Notes under the pieces: generated by a model | Seen by the model: the letters and a program-made list of their open reading frames with translations, nothing else | Databases searched by the model: none | Told to the model about the DNA's origin: nothing | Program-made: the position numbers and the translations under genes | NCBI GenBank assembly: GCA_963676795.2 | Contig: CAXXTB010000002.1 | Location: forward strand, 1,504,001-1,568,000 | Direction of reading: 5' to 3' | DNA from: Geopsychrobacteraceae bacterium | GTDB taxonomy: Bacteria; Desulfobacterota; Desulfuromonadia; Desulfuromonadales; Geopsychrobacteraceae | Length of the DNA stretch: 64,000 nt | In this document: positions 40,101 to 48,186 of the stretch, in pieces | Position numbering within the stretch: position 1 is the stretch's first letter | Layout: each line of letters begins with the position of its first letter

Positions 40101-40971
40101 TGTGCCGGCCGCTGGCTGGTATTTTGCTGCGGGTGGTCAGTCGACCATGCCTTTTGCCGTATTACTCGAAATCGGTCTGCAGCCCTGCGGGTGGCTTGCG
40201 GCCTACCTGGGTTCGGCGCTGACCAGCGAGATCGATCTGTCGTTCCGTAATCTGGACGGTCATGCCGTGCAGCACCGACCAGTCACTGCAGAGAGCGGAA
40301 CCCTGACCATCAAGGTGACGATGACCCGGGTCTCGAGCAGTGCCGGCATGATCATTCAGAACTATGATTTTGCTGTGTACGACAGTGCAGGGTTGGTTTA
40401 TAGCGGCGATACCGTGTTCGGCTTCTTTTCGCAGGCTTCGCTGGCCCAGCAGGTCGGTGTCCGCGGTGCAGCACTTTATCAACCGAGTGCCGAGGAAAAC
40501 GCACGGGCGCAAAGTTTCGCCTATCCGCAAGGCGTGCCTTATCCGGAGCAGCAGCTGCGCATGGTCGATCAGATCGATCATTATGACCCCTTTGGCGGTA
40601 GCCACGGTCTTGGTTTCATCCGTGGCCTGAAACAGGTCGATCCCGAGGAGTGGTTCTTCAAGGCCCACTTCTATCAGGATCCGGTCTGTCCGGGTTCGTT
40701 GGGGCTGGAATCCTATCTGCAGTTGCTCAAGGTCTTTGCCGCCAGACGTTGGGGAGCGGATCAGTCCAGCCAGTTTGAAACCGTCGCTATCGATGTCAAG
40801 CACTGCTGGAACTACCGCGGCCAGATCGTTCCGAGCAATGATCAGGTTGTCATTGAGGCGACGATCACGGCTATCGACGATGAGCAGCGGCTGATCCGGG
40901 CCGACGGTTACCTGGCAGTCGACGGCAAGGTCATCTATCAGCTGAAGGATTTCAGTCTGAGGCTGGATTAG
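34111..40971 (+). CDS. pfaC: PUFA synthase subunit BC: KS-CLF-AT-FabA-like DH domains
   Basis: KS DAACASS/ECHATGT/IGHLL; second KS lacks the catalytic Cys (LSSEENS, CLF-like); AT GYSLGE; DH motifs CHFVDDRVMPGTL and AHFYQDPVCPGSL. Confidence 0.9.
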   Translation: MAKHQAVAIVAIGAEFPGADSLARFWENVSSGHCAASEPPEGRWLLDVDEVYAPEVGKADHVYSRKACFLADEVDKRAIPGLELDADFLEALDPMFRLLLRVGHQTLKDARSKPFERSRAGIIIGNLALPSEKSSALAREFLGKTFSEKLADVPPAWPEAATHPLNHFVAGLPAGLLAKTLGFHGSCFTLDAACASSLYAVKLACDELLSGRADAMLAGGLSRPDSLYTQMGFSQLRALSPDGVCSPFDAKGNGLVVGEGCGLVLLKRLEDALRDGDQIYAVIRGAGLSNDRSGNLLAPSSEGQLRAMQSAYREAGWTPDSVDHIECHATGTPVGDAVEFASLRQLWHGHKGHCVLGSVKANIGHLLTAAGSAALIKTLLALKHKTLPQMANFSSPAADVELENSPFRILSQSQPWERRRPDTPRRAAVSAFGFGGINAHLLLEEWMPEKTQKGTVRHHPAFQPKPKPLAIVGMAVQLGGVDSLGELEERLMQRRTSTTQPPDNWWGAENSSWLKALGYSAADFAGYRISEVSAQPGEFRIPPNEVGEILPRQLLMLKVAANALKDAGIDKDDHPFTGVYIGCGIDLNATNFSFRWGLSRYARDWAGQFGFTQNAADFQSWLEELRDQAGPPLTANRTMGALGSTVASRIAKEFHIGGPSFTLSSEENSGLKALETAFHALQSESINRALVGSVELAGELRAALCRQQLIKDKNEVPVGEGAVALVLKRLDDARRDGDRIYALLDNVASANAGDPLQVTPVADALNLSLERTLRGLPAGTAVSHVELASANSGSARELELVELKEKLATPFHLGWISAATGYAGAVSGLAAVVKSALMLKAKRLLPSESEHLQHLADEQTFTSSVAQYWLTNKVQVRRALVGSLGSEGSCSHALLSEDPQGSVDSAFFKSPEQLFVFKAENVAGLQDGLGALRQLLTASVGQSLQTLASRWYRQRSADRDELPVRLSLIASDAGMLAEQLDFVEMRLSQQPSAPIGFGQDRQLRPALKERVFYAPEALADKGKLAFIFPGSGNHYAEMGSELSALWPGVYARQELENRRLADQYLPWLLRREQLDGSLEDNHNALVISHVALCTALSDLVRSFGIEPRLVSGYSLGESSGLFATRAWRDRDAMLQRLESSRLFVDELGGPCKAARRIWNLPKEIAIDWHLGIVNLPEAKVREALQGKEQVYLLIVNSYREVVIGGNRSQVEALVGELGCHFIPLTGVTTVHCEVVNAVADAYRSLHMFQVYPPQGIDYYSCALGKKYPLTSSHAADVILAQAQNSIDYPRVVEKLYADGARIFIEVGPGNSCSRMIDSILEGREHLAVSTCVQGQDAALQILALLGRCFAQGVKLQLDSLFCDETESEQLVQSDEPVGKITLITGGKAFLLNRLAGKNKSVKTAVKETDIQPSVEAFRVPSAEQPVPAQVSPLAAASGDVNSPVQLFVHYENLLNQQAHAHETYLNFSRQLETAVEKNIALQMQLLRQMQQQGVAIAVDQPLAATSVQVPVQQKPQVVFDRAMCLEFATGSVARMLGPEFAEVDSYPTRVRLPDEPLMLVDRIVALEGEARSLSHGRVVTEHDVTADRWYLDGGRIPTCVAVEAGQADLFLSGYLGIDFISKGKAVYRLLDAVVTFHRSLPVPGDVIRYDIKIERFFRQDQTYLFKFNFEGTVNGEPLLSMRDGCAGFFTAEELAAGKGIVHTRLDLLPQPGKLPDDWREPVVLKEESYSAAQIDALYRGELATCFGAPFDRLPLQRPYTLPGGKLKLVDRVTKLDPRGGRYGLGQIRAEMDIDPGDWFLTCHFVDDRVMPGTLMYECCMHTLRIFLLRLGWVGEEGTTWCEPVPGVASGLKCRGQVTEETKTVTYQVSIKELGYRPEPYAIVDALMYADGKAIVEIPSMSVQLAGLNRDMIDALWGPLPTAQTVPAKQVLYDRDRITAFAIGDPSYAFGEKYRIFDKQRRIARLPGPPFQFIDRIVAVSGEPWLLKAGATVEAEYDVPAAGWYFAAGGQSTMPFAVLLEIGLQPCGWLAAYLGSALTSEIDLSFRNLDGHAVQHRPVTAESGTLTIKVTMTRVSSSAGMIIQNYDFAVYDSAGLVYSGDTVFGFFSQASLAQQVGVRGAALYQPSAEENARAQSFAYPQGVPYPEQQLRMVDQIDHYDPFGGSHGLGFIRGLKQVDPEEWFFKAHFYQDPVCPGSLGLESYLQLLKVFAARRWGADQSSQFETVAIDVKHCWNYRGQIVPSNDQVVIEATITAIDDEQRLIRADGYLAVDGKVIYQLKDFSLRLD

Positions 40972-40974
40972 CTG

Positions 40975-41021
40975 GTTTTCATCCTGAGGCGGTCTTTTTT
41001 CACTGTGGCGTTGTCAATCTG
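40975..41021. repeat. Partial copy of repeat family R
   Basis: GTTTTCATCCTGAGGCGGTCTTTTTTCACTGTGGCGTTGTCAATCTG aligns with one end of copies 1 and 2. Confidence 0.7.
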
Positions 41022-41089
41022 AAACATGTCCATTGTCCTTCAGCGTTTCAGATAGCAGCTGGCTATGCTAAAACTGTCTCAATTTTATT

Positions 41090-41206
41090 CCTTCTCCATG
41101 AGTACCCAAGCTGCGGGCATAAAGGAGAAGGTGCCCGCAGGGGCGGATGAGGGGAGATTTTGAGTGAGAAGCCCTCACCCCAACCCTATCCCCCGAGGGA
41201 GAGGGG
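41090..41206. repeat. GC-rich REP/CIR-like palindromic element
   Basis: CCTTCTCC..GGAGAAGGTGCCCGCAGGGGCGGATGAGGGG...CCCTCACCCCAACCCTATCCCCCGAGGGAGAGGGG. Confidence 0.7.
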
Positions 41207-41255
41207 ATGTTTTGGTATTTTTATTTACACCATGAACTGATTAGAAAAGATGGGT

Positions 41256-42296
41256 ATGAAATATTCACGAGTCTATATCGAAGCGGTCGGTTATGAACTA
41301 GGGCCGGTGGTGGTGACCTCCGCTGAGCTGGAGAAGCGTCTTGAGCCGCTTTATCAGAAACTACATATATCACCGGGCCAGCTTGAAGCGCTGACCGGTA
41401 TCCGGGAACGACGCTGGTGGCGGCCGGGAACGCCGATATCTGAAGGGGCGATCGCCGCTGCACGCAAAGCGCTGGCCGAGCGCGAAGTGACAGCCGAAGA
41501 TCTGGGCGCTGTTGTCTATACAGGGGTCTGCCGCGAAGATTACGAGCCGGCGACCGCCTGCAACATTGCCGCTGCCCTCGGTGTGCAGGGGAATGCGGCT
41601 GTCTACGACATCTCAAATGCCTGTCTCGGTGTCCTTAACGGAGTTCTTGATGTGGCCAACCGGATCGAACTGGGACAGATCCGTGCCGGGCTTGTTGTTG
41701 CCTGTGAGAGTTCGCGGGAAATTGTCGAGGTGATGATCGCCGAGATGCTGGAGAAGTCGTCGATGGAATTTTTCAGCAAGTCGCTGGCCACTCTGACTGG
41801 CGGATCCGGTGCGGCGGCTGTGCTGCTGACCGATGGTTCCTTTTCGCCGAAGAGGCGTCCGCGCCTGCTTGGGGGAGTCAACCTGGCCGAACCACAGTTC
41901 AATCAGCTGTGTCGTTGGGGGGTGCGTAAGGAGGGGGAGCAGCACAAACCCTATATGCGCACCGATGCCGTTGCCGTCATGAGGCACGGTGTCGAACTCG
42001 GCAAGCGCACCTGGGATGCCTTTTCCCGCGAGCTGGAGCTGACAGCAGAGAGTATCGACAAGGTTATCTGCCATCAGGTCGGTGAGGCGCATCAGAAGCT
42101 GATTCTGCAGACGATTGGTCTCAATCCGGACAAGGATTTCACCACCTTTGAATTTCTCGGCAACATGGGGACTGTTTCCCTGCCGATCACCGCGGCGATC
42201 GCCAAGGAGCGCGACGAGCTACGCGCCGGTGATCTGGTCGGGTTCCTGGGCATCGGCAGCGGTCTGAACTGTCTGATGATGGCGATCCAATGGTAA
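41256..42296 (+). CDS. oleA: Acyl-CoA:acyl-CoA alkyltransferase (thiolase/FabH-like head-to-head condensing enzyme)
   Basis: REDYEPATA (catalytic Glu), SNACLG, CHQV, GNMG, GIGSGLN; upstream of oleBCD. Confidence 0.92.
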   Translation: MKYSRVYIEAVGYELGPVVVTSAELEKRLEPLYQKLHISPGQLEALTGIRERRWWRPGTPISEGAIAAARKALAEREVTAEDLGAVVYTGVCREDYEPATACNIAAALGVQGNAAVYDISNACLGVLNGVLDVANRIELGQIRAGLVVACESSREIVEVMIAEMLEKSSMEFFSKSLATLTGGSGAAAVLLTDGSFSPKRRPRLLGGVNLAEPQFNQLCRWGVRKEGEQHKPYMRTDAVAVMRHGVELGKRTWDAFSRELELTAESIDKVICHQVGEAHQKLILQTIGLNPDKDFTTFEFLGNMGTVSLPITAAIAKERDELRAGDLVGFLGIGSGLNCLMMAIQW

Positions 42297-43189
42297 GGGA
42301 CGAGGTTCTTTTCCAGCAGGAGTATCCGTTCAAAGGCCAGGTTCTGAACCTGAACGGACTCAACTATCATTATCTCGATGAGGGGAGCGGGGAGCCGCTG
42401 GTGCTGCTGCACGGCAATCCGTCCTGGTCGTTCTATTACCGCAACCTGGTCAAGGAGCTGTCCGGCTGCTACCGGCTGATCGTGCCTGATCATATCGGTT
42501 GCGGGCTGTCGGATAAACCTGCCGATTCTCAGTATTCATACCGGCTAGAACAACGGGTTGCCGACCTCGATGCCTTGATCGCCCATCTGGATATCGATCA
42601 AAAGATCACCCTGATCGTCCATGACTGGGGCGGCATGATCGGCATGAGCTGGGCAGCACGTCATCCGGAACGGATCGCCCGGCTGGTGATACTCAATACT
42701 GCGGCCTTTCCGCTGCCAACGTCCAAAAAACTGCCGCTGGCGCTGAAGATCTGTCGCAATACCCAACTCGGAGCTTTTCTGATTCAGGGCTGTAACGCTT
42801 TTGCCCGAGGTGCTGCCTGGGTCGGCTGTAAACGCAAGCGGATGGCCAAGCCGTTACGCAATCTCTACTGCAGCCCCTATGACAGCTGGCACAACCGGGT
42901 GGCGACCCTGCGTTTCGTTCAGGATATTCCCCTGCAGAAAGGGGATCCCGGCTTCGAACTGATCTGTGCGACCGAGGAAAGCCTGCAGCGCTTTGCCTCA
43001 CTGCCGATGCTGATCTGCTGGGGTGAACTCGATTTTGTCTTCGACCGGAATTTTCTCGCGGTCTGGCGGCAGAAGTTTGCCCAGGCTGAAGTCCATTCCT
43101 TCCCTGACTGCGGACACTATATTCTGGAAGATGCGCGGGACGAGGTTATCCCGCTGATCCGCGATTTCCTGCATCGCCATCCGTTGTAA
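42290..43189 (+). CDS. oleB: Alpha/beta hydrolase, beta-lactone decarboxylase (haloalkane dehalogenase-like)
   Basis: HGNPSWS, HDWGG Asp nucleophile, CGHYILED; lies between oleA and oleC. Confidence 0.9.
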   Translation: MVRDEVLFQQEYPFKGQVLNLNGLNYHYLDEGSGEPLVLLHGNPSWSFYYRNLVKELSGCYRLIVPDHIGCGLSDKPADSQYSYRLEQRVADLDALIAHLDIDQKITLIVHDWGGMIGMSWAARHPERIARLVILNTAAFPLPTSKKLPLALKICRNTQLGAFLIQGCNAFARGAAWVGCKRKRMAKPLRNLYCSPYDSWHNRVATLRFVQDIPLQKGDPGFELICATEESLQRFASLPMLICWGELDFVFDRNFLAVWRQKFAQAEVHSFPDCGHYILEDARDEVIPLIRDFLHRHPL

Positions 43190-43200
43190 GGGGGAAAGGC

Positions 43201-44853
43201 GTGTCCGTTGATTACAATATCGCCGCCCATCTGCCCCTCATGGCCGCCACTCAGCCAGACCGGATCGCAATCCATATTCCGCTCAAGGGCACTTCAGCGG
43301 AGCGACTGAGCTACGCCAGTTACAGTTACAGGGAGCTTGATCGCACAAGCAACCGGATGGCGGCTGCGCTTGAAGCGATCGGCATTTCGGCAGGGGTGAA
43401 AACCGTGCTGATGGTCAAACCGGGACTGGAATTCTTTGCCCTGACCTTCGCCCTGTTCAAGGTCGGCGCCGTACCGGTCTTTATCGATCCCGGTCTGGGG
43501 ATCAAAAATCTGAAAACCTGCCTTGCCGAAGCCGAACCTGAAGCCTTTATCGGTATTCCCAAGGCGCATCTGGCCCGGTTGCTGTTCGGCTGGGGGCGCA
43601 AGACGCTCAAGACCTTCGTTTCGCTCGGTGTTATGCCCGGTGGAGGCTATTGTCTCAGTCGGTTGCTGAAAAAGCAGCATAGTGATTCCTATGCCTGCCT
43701 GCCGCGGGGCAAGGACGATACCGCTGCCATTCTGTTTACCAGTGGCAGCACCGGTGTGCCCAAGGGGGCCTTGTATAGCCATGGCAATTTTGTTGCCCAG
43801 GTGGAGGCCTTAAAGCAGGTCTACCAGATTGAACCGGGTGAAATCGACCTGCCGACCTTTCCTCTCTTTGCCCTGTTTGCTCCGGCACTGGGGATGACCT
43901 CGGTGATCCCGCTGATGGATTTCACCCGGCCTGGTTCTGTCGATCCGCAGCAGATCATCGGGCCGATCAAAAGGTTTCAGGCGACAACCATGTTCGGCTC
44001 GCCGGCTCTGATCCGTCGGGTTGCTCACTATGGCGAAGAACATCAGGTCTTGATGCCGTCGCTGAAGCGGGTGATCTCGGCCGGAGCGCCGGTTCCGGCC
44101 GCAACCCTGGACTCCTTTTCTAAGCTGCTTGCTGACGGCGTTGAGATCTTCACTCCCTACGGCGCGACCGAGTCGCTGCCGGTCTGTTCCATCGGCAGCC
44201 GGGAGATTCTAGACGAAACCAGGGGCAAGACCGATCTGGGGCAGGGGATCTGCATCGGCCAACCGGTCCCTTCCATCGATTTGAAGATTATCCGTATCGA
44301 TGATCGACCGATCGGCAAATGGAGCGCTGATCTGGTTCTTGAGGATGGTGAGATCGGTGAAATCTGCGTGCGCGGAGAGCAGGTGACGCGCAGCTATTTC
44401 AACCGACCCGAATCGACGGCTCTGGCCAAGATCCAGTGCGCTGACGGCAGTTTCTTTCATCGTATGGGAGACCTCGGCTATCGCGATGCGGATGGGCGGA
44501 TCTGGTTCTGCGGCCGCAAGGCGCACCGGGTTGAGACCGGAACCCGGAGTTTTTATACCATTCCCTGTGAAGCGATCTTCAATACCCATCCGGCGGTCTT
44601 CCGTTCGGCATTGGTGGCTGTTGTCGTGGACGGCAGAACCCTGCCGGTGATCTGTGTCGAGCTGCAGGAGAGTGGCGCGGCACAAAGCCAGGAAGGGCTT
44701 ATCGCTGAGCTGCGTGTCCTTGCTGCTCAGCATGAGCTGACGCGGCCGATTGCAGATATCCTGATCCACCCCCAATTTCCGGTCGATATCCGCCATAACG
44801 CCAAGATCTTCCGCGAAAAGCTTGCGGCCTGGGCCCGGGAGCAGCTGTCATGA
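43201..44853 (+). CDS. oleC: Olefin beta-lactone synthetase (AMP-forming ligase family)
   Basis: ILFTSGSTGVPKG, TPYGATE, HRMGD, FPVDIRHNAKIFREKL. Confidence 0.92.
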   Translation: MSVDYNIAAHLPLMAATQPDRIAIHIPLKGTSAERLSYASYSYRELDRTSNRMAAALEAIGISAGVKTVLMVKPGLEFFALTFALFKVGAVPVFIDPGLGIKNLKTCLAEAEPEAFIGIPKAHLARLLFGWGRKTLKTFVSLGVMPGGGYCLSRLLKKQHSDSYACLPRGKDDTAAILFTSGSTGVPKGALYSHGNFVAQVEALKQVYQIEPGEIDLPTFPLFALFAPALGMTSVIPLMDFTRPGSVDPQQIIGPIKRFQATTMFGSPALIRRVAHYGEEHQVLMPSLKRVISAGAPVPAATLDSFSKLLADGVEIFTPYGATESLPVCSIGSREILDETRGKTDLGQGICIGQPVPSIDLKIIRIDDRPIGKWSADLVLEDGEIGEICVRGEQVTRSYFNRPESTALAKIQCADGSFFHRMGDLGYRDADGRIWFCGRKAHRVETGTRSFYTIPCEAIFNTHPAVFRSALVAVVVDGRTLPVICVELQESGAAQSQEGLIAELRVLAAQHELTRPIADILIHPQFPVDIRHNAKIFREKLAAWAREQLS

Positions 44854-45842
44854 AAGTGCTGGTGACCGGTGGCGGCGGTTTTCTGGGACGTGCGATCGTG
44901 CGCAGACTGGTCGAACGGGGTGACAGGATCCGTTCCCTGACCCGCAATCGTTACCCGGAGCTGGACGCCCTGGGCGTCGAGCAGATCTGTGCTCCATTGA
45001 GCGATGCCGGGGCCGTGTTCGGGGCGGTCGAGGGGTGCGACCTGGTCTATCATGTGGCGGCCAAGGCCGGCGTCTGGGGCGCTTACCAGGACTACTACCA
45101 GGCCAATGTCGTGGGGACTCAAAATGTTGTCGAGGCCTGCCTGCAGAACGGCGTCAACAAACTTGTCTATACCAGTTCACCGAGCGTCGTCTTCGATGGT
45201 TCCGATATGGAAGGGGAAAATGAGTCACTGCCTTACCCGGATCACTATCATTCCTTTTATCCCCAGACCAAGGCGCAAGCCGAGCAGTATGTTCTTAAGG
45301 CCAATGGGCCGGAGCTGGCAACTGTCGCGTTGCGACCGCACCTGATCTGGGGTCCGGGGGACAATCACCTGGTTCCGCGCATTCTTGAACGGGGCAGGAG
45401 CGGAGCTTTGCGGCGGATCGGTGATAGGCCTTGCCTGGTCGATACGGTTTATATTGATAACGCTGCAGAGGCGCATATCCTGGCCGGTGAACGGATTGTG
45501 CCCGGTGCTGCCATTGCCGGTAAGGCCTATTTTATTGCCAACGACGAGCCGCTGCCGCTCTGGGAGATGATCAACCGGATCCTGGCCGCCGGCGGGGTTG
45601 CTCCCGTGACCAGATCCGTTTCGCCTCAGGTTGCCTATGCTGCCGGGTGGCTGCTGGAAAAGGCCTATACCCTGCTGAAGTTGTCAGGTGAACCACGCAT
45701 GACCCGCTTCGTTGCCAGGGAATTGTCGACGGCCCACTGGTTCGATCTGGCTGCAGCGAAAAGAGATTTGAACTATCGTTCACTGGTGTCAGTCGATGAG
45801 GGGTTGAAGCATCTTTCCAGGTGGTTAAGTGATAAAAGTTAA
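44850..45842 (+). CDS. oleD: 2-alkyl-3-oxoalkanoate reductase (3-beta-HSD-like extended SDR)
   Basis: TGGGGFLG, HVAAKAG, TSSPSV, YPQTK, LRPHLIWGPGD. Confidence 0.9.
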   Translation: MKVLVTGGGGFLGRAIVRRLVERGDRIRSLTRNRYPELDALGVEQICAPLSDAGAVFGAVEGCDLVYHVAAKAGVWGAYQDYYQANVVGTQNVVEACLQNGVNKLVYTSSPSVVFDGSDMEGENESLPYPDHYHSFYPQTKAQAEQYVLKANGPELATVALRPHLIWGPGDNHLVPRILERGRSGALRRIGDRPCLVDTVYIDNAAEAHILAGERIVPGAAIAGKAYFIANDEPLPLWEMINRILAAGGVAPVTRSVSPQVAYAAGWLLEKAYTLLKLSGEPRMTRFVARELSTAHWFDLAAAKRDLNYRSLVSVDEGLKHLSRWLSDKS

Positions 45843-46518
45843 TCCTTTACTTGATATTGAAAAAACCTCTGCTCTTTACTATCCCGGGACCATTCATGAC
45901 CGGGACGTTCATCTCTGGTTCTGCCCTCTCAAGACTGATAAATCGACCGATCTGATACGCAGTGTTCTTGCTGCTGATGAGATCGCAAAGGCGCAGCGGC
46001 TGATTATCAGGGAAAAGCGTCACCAGTTGATCTATTCCCGATATTTTCTGCGCACTGTTCTTGCCAGTTATCTGAACTGCTCACCAGAGATGGTTGCTTT
46101 TCGTTATTCTGAGTTCGGTAAGCCGTATCTTGCTGGAGGAGACGGTGTGCAGCTGTCTTTCAATCTGTCTCATTCCGATGATCTGGTTGTTCTTGCCATA
46201 AGTTCAGTTGGGGAGATCGGCGTTGACGTCGAAAAAATAGACAGAAATTTTGACTGGCAGGGGGTGGCCCAGCGTTATCTGAGTCCGGAAGAAAATCATC
46301 TTTTGCTTTCAGTCTCACCAACAAGGCGCCAGCGACGGTTCTACCGGATCTGGACGGCCAAAGAAGCCAGTCTCAAGTGCACAGGGGCAGGTCTGGGTTG
46401 CAAGGTTTCTGACCCGCATTGGCAGAGACAGATCTATATCGCTCCCGGCTATGTCTGCACTTGCGCCTGTGATATAAGGCCTTCAGGAATTGTTCGCTAT
46501 CGATTGAAAGATCTGTGA
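45829..46518 (+). CDS. Sfp/PfaE-type 4'-phosphopantetheinyl transferase
   Basis: GKP, FNLSHS, IGVDVE, WTAKEA.LK; overlaps the oleD stop. Confidence 0.92.
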   Translation: MIKVNPLLDIEKTSALYYPGTIHDRDVHLWFCPLKTDKSTDLIRSVLAADEIAKAQRLIIREKRHQLIYSRYFLRTVLASYLNCSPEMVAFRYSEFGKPYLAGGDGVQLSFNLSHSDDLVVLAISSVGEIGVDVEKIDRNFDWQGVAQRYLSPEENHLLLSVSPTRRQRRFYRIWTAKEASLKCTGAGLGCKVSDPHWQRQIYIAPGYVCTCACDIRPSGIVRYRLKDL

Positions 46519-46552
46519 TATTATTGCTTTATCATCTTTACGGAGAGCCGTT

Positions 46553-47923
46553 ATGAGGAGACAGATCTTTCTGGGGGCGGGCTGGGTACTGTTGTTTTCC
46601 GGGTGGCTGAGTGCTTTCTGGCTGAACGGGGCAAACCCTGATTCGACGGCCTACTATCTGATTCCTGCTTTTCTGCTGGGGATCGGCATGGGGTTGATCC
46701 GCAAGGTCGCCAGTGGCAAGATCATGGTCGTCAGCCTCGCTTTTTCAGCGGTGTTGGCCATTGCCCTCTATAACAGGTTCGAACCGCAGCGCCCGATCAG
46801 TTTCTCCGAATTTCAACAGCGCATCAAAAAAGCCTCGCTCAATGACATCCCTCTGCTTGTTTCACCGCAGGTTCTGGAACAGGCTCCAGAGCTTGGACAA
46901 CAGGTCCTGAAGTCGCCAGCAAAGATCGTAGTCAGTGTCTTTGCCCGGCTGCCGGCCGCCGGCCGTAATCTGGCATTTGATGATCAGGGCAATCTTTATG
47001 TCAGCATTCCGGAACTGGGTGCGATCTATCAGTTGAGAAACGCCGATCAGGACGATTTTGCCGATGGTCAGGTCCTCTACCAATACGGTCTGGATCGTCC
47101 GACCGGCCTGACCTGGCATCAGGGTAAACTCTATGTTGCGACGCCAGCACAGGTGCTGGAGCTTACCGATCTGGATGGCGACTCGGTTGCCGATGAGACC
47201 CAGTCTCTGGTCTCCGGGCTGCCAGATGACGGTGGCTACTGGCAACGCGGCTTGGTTGCCGGAAGTTCAGATGCCCTCTATCTTTCCATCGGTTCCCGCT
47301 GTAATCTCTGTGATGAAAAAGACTCTCTGCGCGCTACGATTCAGCGGCTCACCTTGGCCAGTGGTACCTTGACCCCCTATGCAAGCGGCTTGCGTAATAC
47401 GACCGGGCTGGCAACAGCTCCCGATACCCAGCAGCTCTGGGCCGCCGAGAACGGTACGCAAGGGGAGGGGAGAGATGTCCGGCCGGACGAAATCAATCGA
47501 ATTTCTCAGGGAAAAAACTTTGGCTGGCCACATTGTTACGCTCAACAGCAGCCGGAGACAAGAATTGAACAGACAGTGTCCTGCCGTAACAGCGAGCCGA
47601 GTGCGGTCGATCTGCCGCCTCGCTCCGGGGTCGCCGGAATCGCCTTTGGTGACGGTCTGAATGCCCCCCAGGAATATCGAGACAGTCTATTCGTCATCAT
47701 GCGGGGGAACGAAAGTCTTCAGCCTCAGGTTGTTCGGATCGATTATCAACAGGGGCGGCTGGAGGATTTCGGCCGGGATTTCCTCTCCGGCTGGCGTGTC
47801 AACGACGTTGAGTGGGGTGCTCCGGCGGATCTTCAGGTCGGGCCGGATGGCAACCTGTATATGAGCGATGAAAAGTCCGGAGTTATCTACCGGATTCATT
47901 GGCTCCAGGAGTCTGCGTTATGA
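46553..47923 (+). CDS. Membrane-anchored glucose/sorbosone dehydrogenase-like beta-propeller protein
   Basis: N-terminal TM helices; LYLSIGSRCNLC.E, ASGLRN, PDEIN...NFGWP.C, GPDGNLYMSD...G.IYRI. Confidence 0.8.
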   Translation: MRRQIFLGAGWVLLFSGWLSAFWLNGANPDSTAYYLIPAFLLGIGMGLIRKVASGKIMVVSLAFSAVLAIALYNRFEPQRPISFSEFQQRIKKASLNDIPLLVSPQVLEQAPELGQQVLKSPAKIVVSVFARLPAAGRNLAFDDQGNLYVSIPELGAIYQLRNADQDDFADGQVLYQYGLDRPTGLTWHQGKLYVATPAQVLELTDLDGDSVADETQSLVSGLPDDGGYWQRGLVAGSSDALYLSIGSRCNLCDEKDSLRATIQRLTLASGTLTPYASGLRNTTGLATAPDTQQLWAAENGTQGEGRDVRPDEINRISQGKNFGWPHCYAQQQPETRIEQTVSCRNSEPSAVDLPPRSGVAGIAFGDGLNAPQEYRDSLFVIMRGNESLQPQVVRIDYQQGRLEDFGRDFLSGWRVNDVEWGAPADLQVGPDGNLYMSDEKSGVIYRIHWLQESAL

Positions 47924-48055
47924 TGGCTTGTCATGGCTGAACCTCTATTCGTCAGAACTTAAAGTGAGTCATTCTTATTTTTTTGTAAAATTTCTCCTTG
48001 ACTCTCCAGAATCGATCTGGTACTTCATTGCCCACGTTGAAACGACGTACAGTTC

Positions 48056-48129
48056 GGCCCCGTCGCCAAGTGGTAAGGCAGAGGTCTGCAACACCTTTAT
48101 CCCCAGTTCGAATCTGGGCGGGGCCTCCA
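48056..48129 (+). tRNA. tRNA-Cys(GCA)
   Basis: GGCCCCG/CGGGGCC acceptor stem, anticodon loop CTGCAAC, TTCGA, discriminator T plus CCA. Confidence 0.96.
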
Positions 48130-48140
48130 CAAAACAAGTC

Positions 48141-48173
48141 AGAGTGTCAGCTGCTAGCGGTTGACACTCTTTT
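48141..48173 (+). terminator. Terminator after tRNA-Cys
   Basis: AGAGTGTCAGC / GTTGACACTCT stem plus T run. Confidence 0.7.
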
Positions 48174-48186
48174 GCTTTTCAAGGCT

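Noticed and set aside
27756..40803. Long minus-strand ORFs (27756-28895, 36115-36936, 37084-37929, 38614-39879 and others)
   Set aside because: Antisense shadows of GC-rich pfa genes, expected from codon bias.
47924..48055. att duplicate or integrase at the right edge of the lipid cluster
   Set aside because: No tRNA-Gly 3' repeat or recombinase gene is visible.
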